From positions 32,001-96,000 of the forward strand of contig OZ253545.1 of the NCBI GenBank assembly GCA_965262615.1: a stretch of DNA of 64,000 nucleotides. Reading direction: 5' to 3'. The notes beneath the pieces were generated by a model. The model was not told the DNA's origin, did not search any database, and was given only the letters and a program-made list of their open reading frames with translations. Shown here one piece after another: positions 28,639 through 38,667 of the stretch. Each line of letters starts with the position of its first letter. Within the stretch, counting starts at the first letter, position 1. The stretch is from Alphaproteobacteria bacterium (GTDB lineage: Bacteria > Pseudomonadota > Alphaproteobacteria > GM7ARS4 > G965262615). Made by a program: the position numbers and the translations under genes.

Positions 28639-29609
28639 CCCCTTTCAGAACACCGTCTTTTTGGTATGAGCGCGCGTTTTCATGGCAATCTCATTGCCTT
28701 GCGCCACTGTCATGGCTCTATGGTGTGCTGGGAGACATTAATTACCGCCGCCGCAAGAGCGTCACGCGCGTGACCCCTGCCGTTGTGACGGTGGGCAATG
28801 CCGTGGCAGGGGGTGCGGGCAAAACACCCGTTGTCAAAAGTCTGGCAGCCATTGCCCAAAAAATGGGTATTGGCACTCATATTGTGAGTCACGGCTATGG
28901 TGGCGCAATCCGCCACGCCACGCGCGTGAATGACTCCATTCATGATGCCACCATGGTGGGTGATGAGGCTCTGTTGCTTTCGTCCATTGCGCCCACATGG
29001 GTGGGCAAACGCGCGCAAGCCCTTCGTGCCGCCGCCAATGCCGACCTGGTGCTGCTGGATGACGGATTTTTTGACCCTCATATTCACAAGAACCATCATC
29101 TATTGGTGGTGGATGGCATGAGCGGATTTGGCAATGAGCGCGTCATCCCTGCGGGACCATTGCGCCGTCCTTTGGCTCGCGCGCTTGAGCAGCACCCCAC
29201 ATGGGTGATGATTGGCGAGGATTGTCACCATCTGCACAAACGCTATGGCGAAGGATGCGATGTCTGGCGCGCCGATAAGGTCTTTCACAGCTCACAGCCC
29301 ATTGCCAACACAAACATCATTGCCGCCTGTGGACTAGCTCGCCCTCAGGCATTTTTTGATATGATTGACACCAATGGCGGACATCTCATCGCCTCGTTTG
29401 CCTATCCCGACCACAAGCCACTGCCGCCACGCCACATTGAACGGTGGAAACAGATGGCAAAAAAAAACAACGCCCTGCTTGCCATCACCGCTAAAGATTT
29501 TGTAAAAATTCATCCAAGCCAGCGCAGCGACATTGTGGTATGCGATGTCACCATTGCGTGGCATGATGAAAAAATCGTCCGAGACACCATCAAAAAACTC
29601 TGTCCATGA
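28635..29609 (+). CDS. lpxK: Tetraacyldisaccharide 4'-kinase
   Basis: VGNAVAGGAGKTP, GDEALLL, LLDDGF, GNERVIPAGPLR and TAKDFVK; ATGA overlap with waaA. Confidence 0.95.
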   Translation: MTPFRTPSFWYERAFSWQSHCLAPLSWLYGVLGDINYRRRKSVTRVTPAVVTVGNAVAGGAGKTPVVKSLAAIAQKMGIGTHIVSHGYGGAIRHATRVNDSIHDATMVGDEALLLSSIAPTWVGKRAQALRAAANADLVLLDDGFFDPHIHKNHHLLVVDGMSGFGNERVIPAGPLRRPLARALEQHPTWVMIGEDCHHLHKRYGEGCDVWRADKVFHSSQPIANTNIIAACGLARPQAFFDMIDTNGGHLIASFAYPDHKPLPPRHIERWKQMAKKNNALLAITAKDFVKIHPSQRSDIVVCDVTIAWHDEKIVRDTIKKLCP

Positions 29610-30526
29610 TGAAACCACTCAAACATATCCGCTATATCGTGGAAGCAGCTCTATTGCTGTTGCTGTTTTTCTTTTTTCGTGTTCTGGGATTGGATCGGGC
29701 ATCGGCGTTGGGCTCTTATCTGGCTCGTCATTTTGGTCCTTTGCTTCATCTGCACAGACGGGCGCGCAGCAACCTTCGCCTGCTCAAAATGACCGCCAAT
29801 GAACAAGAAGAGCAAAAGATTTTGCGCGGCATGTGGGACAATCTGGGACGAGTCGTGGCGGAATATATCTATCTGGGTCAGCTGCAGCTCTATGATGATC
29901 GCCCTGCCGTTGCGCGCTCTCCCTATTTGGGTCGGGTGCAAGTGAAAAATCGCCAACGCTTGGAGCAATTGTTATCATCAAACAAAGGCGTGATTTTTTT
30001 CGCAGCACACCTTGCCAATTGGGAATTGAGCGCGCTGTGTGTGACCTCTTTGGGATATCCTCTCACGGTGGGATATCGTCCGCCCAACAATCCGTGGGTG
30101 CGCTGGATGATTGGTTTTTTCCGCCGCCCTGTGGCGAAGTATTTTGCCTCTAAGCTGGATGGCGGTGGGCGAGATTTTATTCGCGCCATCAGACGACACG
30201 AAGCTCTCGGAATTGTGGCGGATCAAAACACCGGCAGTCTGCAATTGCCTTTTTTGGGTCAATCGGCACGCACATTGGAGATGCCCGCCCGCTTGGCTCT
30301 GCAATTTGATGTGCCCCTCGTCCCCATCCATGTGGTGCGCACACACGGCTCTCATTTCACACTGACGGTGGAAAAACCTCTTGCCTACACAAAAAAGACA
30401 TCCATCAGCGAGCTGACTCACAAGATGAATGATCGCATCTCAGATTGGATTAGACAAAACCCCGAACAATGGCTGTGGATTCACAACCGTTGGAAGCACG
30501 GTGCTTACGGCTCATTTGTGCCATAA
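29606..30526 (+). CDS. lpxL: Lipid A late acyltransferase (LpxL/HtrB family)
   Basis: AHLANWEL, YRPPNNP, ADQ and PEQWLWIHNRWK. Confidence 0.88.
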   Translation: MMKPLKHIRYIVEAALLLLLFFFFRVLGLDRASALGSYLARHFGPLLHLHRRARSNLRLLKMTANEQEEQKILRGMWDNLGRVVAEYIYLGQLQLYDDRPAVARSPYLGRVQVKNRQRLEQLLSSNKGVIFFAAHLANWELSALCVTSLGYPLTVGYRPPNNPWVRWMIGFFRRPVAKYFASKLDGGGRDFIRAIRRHEALGIVADQNTGSLQLPFLGQSARTLEMPARLALQFDVPLVPIHVVRTHGSHFTLTVEKPLAYTKKTSISELTHKMNDRISDWIRQNPEQWLWIHNRWKHGAYGSFVP

Positions 30527-31404
30527 CGCTTGGGTTGCGGCAGTGTTTGCGGCGGCTGAATGGCGGCATCGGCGAGAGCGGGCGGCAAATCGCTGACCAG
30601 AGCCGGATCAATGGCGGTGAAATTCAAATAGACCCCCCAATGCAAGTGAGGCCCTGTCACGCGCCCCGTTGCCCCGATGCTGCCAATCACATCCCCTCGC
30701 TGAACCGATTGCCCTGGCGTGACGCTGATCTCATGCAAATGGGAATAGAGGGTGAACAGTCCCAACCCGTGATCCACAATGATGGTATGCCCCGTGAAAA
30801 AAAGGTCGTGCCGTGCGAGTCTCACAATGCCGCCATCGGCTGCGACGATGGGCGTTCCTTGCGGTGCGGCGATGTCCAGCCCCAAATGACGGGCGCGCGG
30901 CTGTCCATTGAGCACCCGCCGTGAGCCAAAAACCCCACTGACGCGCCCATCAACCGGCACACGCAATGGCAACTGAGGCAATCGGGAACAATCCACCTCA
31001 GCCCTTGCCTCACGCATGGCAATGCGCTCCGTGCCAATGCGCTTCAACGCCGCGAGATCGGGTGTCACTTTTGCCTGTGGCAAGCCCTCAATGTGCGTCT
31101 CTTTATACTGGCGCGGCGGCACGGCAATCTCCCATGAAGTAATTATGTCTTCATCGTCCTTGACGCTCACCGTCACATCGCCGTGCAACAACGCCGGCAC
31201 CGCCAGCAAAAAATGACGGCCACACAAAGCCCGCTTCAAGCCTCCTTGGGTGCGTAATCCATGCTGAGACGGCAAAACTCCCGAGAGCAAACCGCCGCCC
31301 ACCGCAATGCCCTCAAAGGAAAAATCAGAAAAAACACGCTCCTCTGCCGAGACGCTGGAAAGCGTCATCATCGTCACCAGTATCCATCTGTGCAGTGGCA
31401 TCAT
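30505..31404 (-). CDS. M23 family metallopeptidase
   Basis: HLGLDIA, VDHGLGLFTLYSHL and GATGRVTGPHLHWG; N-terminal signal. Confidence 0.92.
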   Translation of the reverse strand: MMPLHRWILVTMMTLSSVSAEERVFSDFSFEGIAVGGGLLSGVLPSQHGLRTQGGLKRALCGRHFLLAVPALLHGDVTVSVKDDEDIITSWEIAVPPRQYKETHIEGLPQAKVTPDLAALKRIGTERIAMREARAEVDCSRLPQLPLRVPVDGRVSGVFGSRRVLNGQPRARHLGLDIAAPQGTPIVAADGGIVRLARHDLFFTGHTIIVDHGLGLFTLYSHLHEISVTPGQSVQRGDVIGSIGATGRVTGPHLHWGVYLNFTAIDPALVSDLPPALADAAIQPPQTLPQPKRYGTNEP

Positions 31405-32597
31405 GTCTCTCCCGTGACATCCAATGAACCATCAAACCATTCTATGGTCAATTGGTGATTGTCTCCCACTTGACTTTTGCGTGCCACCAATGACTGTGTC
31501 CCATCACGGCGATGCACCAACGCATAGCCCTGCCGCAAAATATGACGATAGGAATGAGCCTCCACCACTCGGCGGGCGGCGGCAATGGCATCACGATGAC
31601 GGCGCAGCATGGTATTGATTACCCACTGCCAGCGTTGCGTTTTTTCATCCAATGCCCGTCTTTGATGCTCAATGCGATGCTGTGGATGCACAAGAGCCCG
31701 AGCGGTCAGCTGCCACAGCTCCTTACGGCGCGCAATGACCGCCATCATGGCATGACGAAGGCGCGCAATGCTCTCACTGTGCGCGCTTTGCAATTGAGCC
31801 AAGAGTGGCGTTGCCAGCTCCGCCGCCGCGGTGGGGGTGGCGGCGCGCTGGTCGGCGACATCATCGCTCAATGTGACATCGGTCTCGTGTCCCACGGCGG
31901 AAATCACGGGAATAACCGAGCGCGCAATCGCCCGCACCACCTCTTCTTCATTGAACGCCCATAAATCCTCAATGCTGCCGCCACCGCGTCCCACGATGAG
32001 AACATCGGGACGCTGAGTCTCATCTTGTCTATTGAAAAAATCAATGGCGTGAGCAATCTCGCTTTTGGCTTCCTCACCCTGCACCTTCACAGGATACACC
32101 ACAATATGTGTGGGACAGCGCGCCCGCACCCGCACCACAATATCTCGCAACACCGCACCCTGCGGCGAGGTCACCACGCCGATGCGGCGCGGCATAAACG
32201 GCAGAGGTTTTTTGCGCGCTGCGGCAAACAGTCCTTCTTTGGCGAGCCGCTCTCGCAGCTGAGCAAGTTCTCGGTGAAAATCCCCCGTGCCCGCCAGCCG
32301 CATCTGCTCAATCACCAACTGATACACCGATCGCCCGCCATAAATAGACAACCGCCCGCGACACTCCACCTCCATGCCGTCTTGAGGCGGCGGCGACAAC
32401 CTGGCAAAAACCGATCTCCAGCACACCGCCTCCAACACCGATTGGTCATCCTTCAGACGACAATAATAATGTCCCGATGCCGCCCGCATGCCATTGCTCA
32501 CCTCACCGCGCACCATCACCGTGCCGTATTTGCGCTCCACATCACGGCGCAGTGCCTGAGCGATTTGCGTCACGCTATAGATGGTTTCTTGAGTCAT
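31401..32597 (-). CDS. xseA: Exodeoxyribonuclease VII large subunit
   Basis: VRGEVSN, SGHYYCRLKD, IVGRGGGSIEDLWAFNEE, SAVGHETD and ATPTAAAE. Confidence 0.96.
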   Translation of the reverse strand: MTQETIYSVTQIAQALRRDVERKYGTVMVRGEVSNGMRAASGHYYCRLKDDQSVLEAVCWRSVFARLSPPPQDGMEVECRGRLSIYGGRSVYQLVIEQMRLAGTGDFHRELAQLRERLAKEGLFAAARKKPLPFMPRRIGVVTSPQGAVLRDIVVRVRARCPTHIVVYPVKVQGEEAKSEIAHAIDFFNRQDETQRPDVLIVGRGGGSIEDLWAFNEEEVVRAIARSVIPVISAVGHETDVTLSDDVADQRAATPTAAAELATPLLAQLQSAHSESIARLRHAMMAVIARRKELWQLTARALVHPQHRIEHQRRALDEKTQRWQWVINTMLRRHRDAIAAARRVVEAHSYRHILRQGYALVHRRDGTQSLVARKSQVGDNHQLTIEWFDGSLDVTGET

Positions 32598-32680
32598 GTC
32601 TTTATTTAGTGCGTTTAGAACGATGCCGCCGCCACAAAAGCCCTCATAAAGGCAACCTCACCACGAGGCAAGGACAAGGT

Positions 32681-33238
32681 TCATTTGAGAATAATGGTCA
32701 CTATCGTTCCCAAAAGAGCCGCCATCATGCTGACAAGAACAGCAATCACCCTCATAGCCGTGCGATTGAAAGCCTGCAACAATTCATTTTTCGCCGTTTC
32801 AATCTTGTTATCCATTGCCGCCATATCTGCCTTGTTTTCAGCCTGCAATTCGGCGAATTTTTTCTGATTTTCAGCTCGCAATTCGGCGAATTTTTTCTGG
32901 TTTTCAGTCTGTAGTTCGGCGAATTTTTTCTGGTTTTCATCTCGCAGTTCGGCGAATGCTTTTTGGTTTTCATCTCGCAGTTCGGCGAGTGCTTTTTGGT
33001 TTTCAGCCCGCAGTTCGGCGAATGCTTTTTGGTTTTCAGCCCGCAGTTCGGCGAATGCTTTTTGGTTTTCAGCTTGCCCTTCGGCGATGTCAGTTCGCAC
33101 CTCGGCGACATCTTCCTTCGTGGCAAAATGCTTACCTTGCTCTTTGAGAGTGGCGACATCCACTTTGAGAGTCACCACATCATCATGCAAGCCATTCGCC
33201 GCGCGATGTTCTGTTTTTTGATCTTCCTGAATACCCAC
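32681..33238 (-). CDS. Coiled-coil protein with 11-aa repeats and C-terminal TM anchor (CCDC90/DUF1640-like)
   Basis: FATKEDVAEVR neck motif, 7 x (A/D/T)ENQK(A/K)(F/L)AEL(R/Q), and a C-terminal hydrophobic helix. The start is uncertain (GTG at 33238, or 33367 in the ORF track). Confidence 0.78.
   Translation of the reverse strand: MGIQEDQKTEHRAANGLHDDVVTLKVDVATLKEQGKHFATKEDVAEVRTDIAEGQAENQKAFAELRAENQKAFAELRAENQKALAELRDENQKAFAELRDENQKKFAELQTENQKKFAELRAENQKKFAELQAENKADMAAMDNKIETAKNELLQAFNRTAMRVIAVLVSMMAALLGTIVTIILK
32836..33075. repeat. 33-bp coding tandem repeat, 7 full units plus a partial
   Basis: Units such as TTTTCAGCCCGCAGTTCGGCGAATGCTTTTTGG lie head to tail with no spacers. Confidence 0.92.
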
Positions 33239-33353
33239 ACTGAAAAGAATATGTGCGTTGAAAGTTTTTGTCAATGCCAAGATATTTTCATAAATAGAGA
33301 GCAGCTGTGTCAGATGTCTTTTCTCATTCCCTTCTTTGCGATAAGACCATAGC

Positions 33354-34586
33354 ATGAGACTGCTCATTGTCGGAAGTGGTGGCAGAGAACACGCCCTTGC
33401 TTGGAAGTGTGCTCAATCGGCGGATACCGTCTTTGTGACATCCGCCAATGATGCCATGAATTCCGACACCATCACCGCCATCAATCTGCCCACCGATGAG
33501 GCAACCGTCCAGTGGGCAAAGGACAATGCCATTGATCTCATCATCATCGGCGGGGAAGAGCCTCTAGCGCGGGGACTGGCAGACGCATGTCAGCAAAACG
33601 ATTTATTGTGTCTGGGCCCCACTCAAGATGGTGCGCGGCTGGAATCTTCCAAAATTTGGATGAAGAAACTCTGCACCCGCTATCATATTCCCACCGCACC
33701 ATGGCGCGTCTGTGATGATGAAGCCGCCGCGCACCAGTGCATCACCCAAGATTCCGCCATGCGGGTGCTCAAAAAAGACGGCTTGGCGGCGGGCAAAGGA
33801 GTCGTGGTGGCGCACGATGAAGAATCCGCATTGCACCATGCCTCACACCACTTTGCCCATCATGATGAGCCTTTGTTGATTGAACAGCGTCTGGATGGCA
33901 GGGAGCTGAGCGTCTTTGCTCTGTTGGATGGGCGCAATTCGTTGTGGCTGGGGGCAGCTCAAGACTACAAGCGCGCCCATGATGGCAATCAGGGTGACAA
34001 CACTGGCGGCATGGGAGCGGTCTCTCATGATGAATTGGTCAGCGACACCTTGCGGGCACACATTCAAAAGCATTTTATTGACCGCCTGCTGCACGCCATG
34101 CAAAAAGAAAACATTGACTACAAAGGCGTGCTTTTTGCCGGCTTGATGGTGCGTGATGACGAGGCTCATTTGCTGGAATACAATGTGCGCTTTGGTGACC
34201 CCGAATGTCAGACACTCATGATGCGCTTGCAAGCGGATCTGTGTCAGCTGCTTCATGCGGCGGCAAGCGGCTCTCTTTCGTCTGTGTCCTCTCCTCAATG
34301 GCGCGGCGCGTCCGTCAATGTCGTCTGGGCGGCACAAGGCTATCCTCATGCACCGCACAAAGGCGGCACGCTCACGGGACTAGATGATGCCGCCGCCACC
34401 GACAATGTCATGCTCTTTCACGCCGCCACAAAAATCCAAAACGACAAAACCATTGCCACAGGCGGACGCGTGCTTCATGTCAGTGCGTGTGGCGACAATC
34501 TGCACGATGCCCGTTCCCAATGCTACGATGCCGTACAAAAAATAAACTTCCCAAAAGGATTTCACCGTTCAGACATCGGAAATTGA
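33354..34586 (+). CDS. purD: Phosphoribosylamine--glycine ligase
   Basis: LIVGSGGREHALAW, KKDGLAAGKGV, QDYKR, NTGGMGA, EYNVRFGDPE and TGGRVL. Confidence 0.97.
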   Translation: MRLLIVGSGGREHALAWKCAQSADTVFVTSANDAMNSDTITAINLPTDEATVQWAKDNAIDLIIIGGEEPLARGLADACQQNDLLCLGPTQDGARLESSKIWMKKLCTRYHIPTAPWRVCDDEAAAHQCITQDSAMRVLKKDGLAAGKGVVVAHDEESALHHASHHFAHHDEPLLIEQRLDGRELSVFALLDGRNSLWLGAAQDYKRAHDGNQGDNTGGMGAVSHDELVSDTLRAHIQKHFIDRLLHAMQKENIDYKGVLFAGLMVRDDEAHLLEYNVRFGDPECQTLMMRLQADLCQLLHAAASGSLSSVSSPQWRGASVNVVWAAQGYPHAPHKGGTLTGLDDAAATDNVMLFHAATKIQNDKTIATGGRVLHVSACGDNLHDARSQCYDAVQKINFPKGFHRSDIGN

Positions 34587-34631
34587 TGGGGGGATTTGAT
34601 GGGCGATTTGATGGGCGATTTGATGAACGAT
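34583..34631. repeat. ~4 x 12-bp tandem repeat (TTGATGGGCGAT) starting at the purD stop codon
   Basis: TTGATGGGGGGAT TTGATGGGCGAT TTGATGGGCGAT TTGATGAACGAT. Confidence 0.8.
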
Positions 34632-34785
34632 TCACATATCATCTCGCTCTTCTAAATAGGCAATGGCATTACGAAGATAATTTTCGGGAACTATGCACAA
34701 TGTTACACACAACGAATAATCACCTTTACCCATCGCCAAATAACGCAATGAAAAAGGGCAATGTGCATTAGTTTCTAAAAACGGC

Positions 34786-35433
34786 TCAACTATGCTTCGT
34801 GTGCTTTTTGTCATTGTAATTGCGAATGATGCCGGAGAGTCTGCCCTGAATGGTGACCTGATCCACCCCAAAGACACGCGCCTCATAGGCATCATTGGCG
34901 GGCTCAAGGGTGATGGATGTTTTGGCTTTGCGCACATACTTCAGTGTGGCTTCCTCACCCCCCACCAGTGCCACCACGATTGAGCCATCTGGTGCGTCAT
35001 CGCATTTCTCCACGATGGCAATGTCGCCATCCAAAATTCCCGCCCCCACCATAGAATCCCCCCGCACCCGCAGCGCATAGCTGCCACGCCGTGACACCAA
35101 ATGGATGGGCACGGGATATGTCTCACTGGGATCCATCCATGCTTCCAACGGGTCGCCCGCCACAATCTTGCCCACAAAGGGAATATCCATGATGCCGTTG
35201 GTGTCGTGCACATTCTCACTATCGGGCAGACGCACAATCTCCACCGCCCGCGCCCGATGAGGCAACCGTCTGATAAAACCCCGCTCCTCCAAAGAAGACA
35301 TCAACCGATGCACCGGCGCCTTAGAGCGCAAGGACAAGGCATCCTTCATTTCCTCAAAAGATGGCGCAACGCCCTCATCTCGCAGACGCTTCTGAATGAA
35401 CAACAACAAATCTTTCTGGCGATTGGTCAGCAT
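34786..35433 (-). CDS. lexA: SOS repressor LexA
   Basis: MLTNRQKDLL, PSFEEMKDAL, LEERGFIRRLPHRARA, cleavage site VAG, GDSM and ATLK. Confidence 0.97.
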   Translation of the reverse strand: MLTNRQKDLLLFIQKRLRDEGVAPSFEEMKDALSLRSKAPVHRLMSSLEERGFIRRLPHRARAVEIVRLPDSENVHDTNGIMDIPFVGKIVAGDPLEAWMDPSETYPVPIHLVSRRGSYALRVRGDSMVGAGILDGDIAIVEKCDDAPDGSIVVALVGGEEATLKYVRKAKTSITLEPANDAYEARVFGVDQVTIQGRLSGIIRNYNDKKHTKHS

Positions 35434-35439
35434 GAAAAC

Positions 35440-35476
35440 AAACAGAAAGCGAACATATCATAAATAAAACAAGAAC
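35440..35476 (-). promoter_or_regulatory. Alphaproteobacterial-type SOS boxes (GAAC-N7-GAAC variants) upstream of lexA
   Basis: AAAC (35440), GAAC (35451), AAAT (35462) and GAAC (35473) lie at exact 11-bp spacing directly before the lexA ATG. Confidence 0.7.
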
Positions 35477-35483
35477 GCAATCA

Positions 35484-35945
35484 TCAAATGACATAATCAT
35501 CGGCACGCTGTGCCTCGCTCTCAATGCCGATGGCGCGCGTCTCTTCGCACAAATCCTCAATGGTGATGGTGTCCATATAGCCATGCAGATGCTCCTCACA
35601 TCGCTGCCACAACGGCTTGAGCACACCCGCGCCAATTGCCGAGGCGGAGATCAAACGCATCCCTTTGGCATCCTCCTTATCATCATCATGCGACAGAGCT
35701 TTGTGAATATCACCCAAGGTGATGCGTCTGCGCTCACGCGCCAACACATACCCGCCTTTAGGACCGCGAATCCCTTTCAACACACCCCCGCGCACCAACT
35801 TTTGCAGCAGCTGCTCCAAATAGCGTTCGGGAATGTTTTGCCGTCGCGTGATATCACTGCTTCGCACGGGAATGCCGCCCGCGTGATAAGCAACATCAAT
35901 CACCGCCTCAACAGCAAAGAGAAATTTACCAGGAAATGATAGCAC
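35484..35945 (-). CDS. Rrf2-family transcriptional regulator (no Fe-S cysteine triad evident)
   Basis: IPERYLEQLLQKL and GIRGPKGGYVLARERRRITLGDI. Start is 35945 or 35960. Confidence 0.92.
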   Translation of the reverse strand: MLSFPGKFLFAVEAVIDVAYHAGGIPVRSSDITRRQNIPERYLEQLLQKLVRGGVLKGIRGPKGGYVLARERRRITLGDIHKALSHDDDKEDAKGMRLISASAIGAGVLKPLWQRCEEHLHGYMDTITIEDLCEETRAIGIESEAQRADDYVI

Positions 35946-35999
35946 ATTGTCATTATACACAAAAAATCTTGTGTGATAACAACAAAAGACAAATTTCTA

Positions 36000-37208
36000 T
36001 TACATTTTTTTTGCGGTGTTTGCGAAAAATGCGCCAATGCGCTCAACCAATTGGGTAGCCACCTGCTGTTTGGGCATGGATTGCCATCTCTCCTCGCCGC
36101 GCTCACTGATGAGACACACCTCGTTGTCATCGCCTCCCATGACATCGCCACTGATGTCATTGACAACAAGCCAGTCGCAATTTTTTCGTTTTTTCTTCCG
36201 CCGTGCCGCCGCCACATCCCAGCCATAGTGGGCGGCAAACCCAATGAGCAGTGACGGACGCAACTCATGGCGCGCCACATCGGCTAAGATGTCCCGATTT
36301 TTCACCCAGCCAATGGGCGGTGGCGACGATTGCGATTCCATCTTTCCTTTGACAATTGTTTGCGGTCGCCAGTCCGCCACCGCCGCCGCCATGACGACAA
36401 TATCCGCGGGAAGACTCTCCATCACCGCCTGATGCATGTCGGCGGCACTGCGCACCGTCACCAATTGAGCGGCGGGATGATGCCCCACAGTCGCCGCCTG
36501 CACGCCACTGATGATGGTGGTCTGAGCTCCCCATTGTGCCAGTGCCGCCGCCACCGCATGACCCTGTTTGCCCGATGAATGATTAGACACATAACGCACC
36601 GCATCCCAAGCCTCTTGCGTTGCGCCACTGGTCACCACCGCCCGCAAACCGCGCAGACGATTGCGATGAGTAAAATGTGATGTCAATGATGCCATCATGT
36701 CGGCGACTTCCATCATGCGTCCCTCGTCATAATCGCCACACGCCAGCCGCCCCGCATGAGGCTCAAAAAAATGAATCCCGCGCCGCCGCAAAGTGAGACA
36801 ATTGGCGCGACAGGCTTCATGACGCCACATCCAGCCGTTCATGCCCGGTGCCACAAACACCGGCGCACCGCGATTGGCAAGCAGCAGTGTGCTCGCCAAA
36901 CAATCCGCCATGCCGTGTGCCATCTTTGCCAAAAAATGAGCCGAAGCAGGTGCCACCACAATGGCATCACAATCACGAACCAAATCAATATGAGACATGG
37001 TGTAATCCTCACCAAACAAACGATGATGCCACGCACCACCACTGGCATCGTGCAATTGGTCACGATTCAGCAACTGCAAAGCCCCCCGTGTCACCACAGT
37101 GGTGACATCAGCTTGCTCTGAGCGCAATGCTCCAACCAATTGCAACGCCTTGCGCGCCGCAATGCCGCCCGACACAATCACCACAAGTTTTTTATTGGCT
37201 AATACCAT
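36000..37208 (-). CDS. coaBC: Bifunctional phosphopantothenoylcysteine decarboxylase/synthase
   Basis: SGGIAA, HIDL, APGMN, LACGDYDEGRM, VRYVSNHSSGKQG and AAAVADWR. Confidence 0.95.
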   Translation of the reverse strand: MVLANKKLVVIVSGGIAARKALQLVGALRSEQADVTTVVTRGALQLLNRDQLHDASGGAWHHRLFGEDYTMSHIDLVRDCDAIVVAPASAHFLAKMAHGMADCLASTLLLANRGAPVFVAPGMNGWMWRHEACRANCLTLRRRGIHFFEPHAGRLACGDYDEGRMMEVADMMASLTSHFTHRNRLRGLRAVVTSGATQEAWDAVRYVSNHSSGKQGHAVAAALAQWGAQTTIISGVQAATVGHHPAAQLVTVRSAADMHQAVMESLPADIVVMAAAVADWRPQTIVKGKMESQSSPPPIGWVKNRDILADVARHELRPSLLIGFAAHYGWDVAAARRKKKRKNCDWLVVNDISGDVMGGDDNEVCLISERGEERWQSMPKQQVATQLVERIGAFFANTAKKM

Positions 37209-37262
37209 CCCTTCATTATAGAATAGACATCACCCTCAACACAATGTTAGATATGAGCCATC

Positions 37263-37673
37263 ATGCCCGACCAGCCCGCACTTGAAGCCATTGCATCGCC
37301 TCATCGCGACTGCCGTTGGGTGACGCGTTTTACCTGTCCCGAATTCACCACCTTGTGTCCGCGCACCGCCCAACCAGATTTTGCTCATCTCATCATTGAC
37401 TACATCGCCGACCAATTCATTGTGGAGAGCAAGTCACTCAAATTGTATCTGCACTCTTTTCGCAATGAGCAACATTTTCACGAGGATTGCACCGTCACCA
37501 TTGCTCATGCCGTGAGCGATGCCATCACGCCTCATTGGCTACGCATTGGCGGCTATTGGAATCCGCGCGGCGGCATTCCCATTGACATTTTTTATCAAAT
37601 CAAGACACCGCCGAGCGATGTGTGGATTCCCGACCAACCAGTGGCAGGATACCATCCTCGCCATTCCCAATGA
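37263..37673 (+). CDS. queF: PreQ0 reductase QueF (type I)
   Basis: [31 protein letters not shown] and PRGGIPI. Confidence 0.96.
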   Translation: MPDQPALEAIASPHRDCRWVTRFTCPEFTTLCPRTAQPDFAHLIIDYIADQFIVESKSLKLYLHSFRNEQHFHEDCTVTIAHAVSDAITPHWLRIGGYWNPRGGIPIDIFYQIKTPPSDVWIPDQPVAGYHPRHSQ

Positions 37674-37674
37674 T

Positions 37675-37752
37675 TGGGGCGAACGATGGGATTTGAACCC
37701 ACGACCCCCGGTGCCACAAACCGGTGCTCTAACCAACTGAGCTACGTTCGCC
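37675..37752 (-). tRNA. tRNA-His (anticodon GTG), with G-1, C73 and encoded CCA
   Basis: G-GCGAACG...CGTTCGC-C-CCA; anticodon arm CCGGT-TTGTGGC-ACCGG. Confidence 0.96.
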
Positions 37753-37772
37753 ATCATGCTTCCATGTAACCC

Positions 37773-38657
37773 ATGAATCGCCATAAAATCAAGCAATCAT
37801 CCGTCTTCAGTGAGATTATGGTGCTGATGCGCTGGGATCGTCCCATTGGGGTGGTGCTGCTGATGCTTCCCGCTTTTTGCGGACTCGCCCTTGCGGGCGG
37901 CGCAATGTCCGAAGCTCATCTTTATGGCGTGTTGGCATTGGGAGCATTTCTCACCCGCAGTGCCGGATGCGTCATTAACGACCTGTGGGATGCGCCCTTT
38001 GACCGTCATGTGACACGCACAAAAAACCGACCCCTGGCGCAACAAAGCGTCTCCGTTGCTTGTGCCATCATCGTTGCCGTCATTTTGTTGCTGCTGGCAT
38101 TTGTCCTGACGCTCACCCTGCCCGTGCGCAGCATAATTATTGCGATCTGTTTGCTGCCGCTCATCGTCATCTATCCGTTGGCAAAACGAGTGACATCATG
38201 CCCACAAATCGTGCTGGGATTTGTCTTCAACGGCGGCGTTCTTGTGGGATGGTCATTGGTGCGCGGTGACCTGCCCGCGGCTCTGTGGTGTCTTTATGGC
38301 GGCTGCGTCCTGCTCACCATCAATTACGACACCCTCTATGCCATGATGGATCGCCATGACGACAAACGCCTGCAACTGGGATCGCTGGCTGTTAGCGTCA
38401 CACGGCGGCGCACAATGCTCACCGTGTCTCTTGCCTGTGCCTGCCTGTTGTGGAGTGCCGCCCTCATGATGCAAGGCGGCGAATTTTTTGTCATCATGGT
38501 CATGACGATGGCGATCATATTTGCTCATGGCACACGCCTTGCCGCCCTGACTGAGCAAACGCGTCCCGCAACAGACTACGGACGCGCATTTCGCGCCCAT
38601 AGTCTGTTGCTGTTTTTATTGTGGAGTCTTATTGTTTTGACGATGGGTGTGCGATAA
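37773..38657 (+). CDS. ubiA: 4-hydroxybenzoate polyprenyltransferase
   Basis: LMRWDRPIG, RSAGCVINDLWDAPFDRHVTRTKNRPLA, YPLAKR and YDTLYAMMDRHDD. Confidence 0.94.
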   Translation: MNRHKIKQSSVFSEIMVLMRWDRPIGVVLLMLPAFCGLALAGGAMSEAHLYGVLALGAFLTRSAGCVINDLWDAPFDRHVTRTKNRPLAQQSVSVACAIIVAVILLLLAFVLTLTLPVRSIIIAICLLPLIVIYPLAKRVTSCPQIVLGFVFNGGVLVGWSLVRGDLPAALWCLYGGCVLLTINYDTLYAMMDRHDDKRLQLGSLAVSVTRRRTMLTVSLACACLLWSAALMMQGGEFFVIMVMTMAIIFAHGTRLAALTEQTRPATDYGRAFRAHSLLLFLLWSLIVLTMGVR

Positions 38658-38667
38658 TATGTGTGCC

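Noticed and set aside
32836-33075. 33-bp repeats as a CRISPR array
   Set aside because: The units are contiguous with no unique spacers, keep the reading frame of a coiled-coil ORF, and no cas genes are present.
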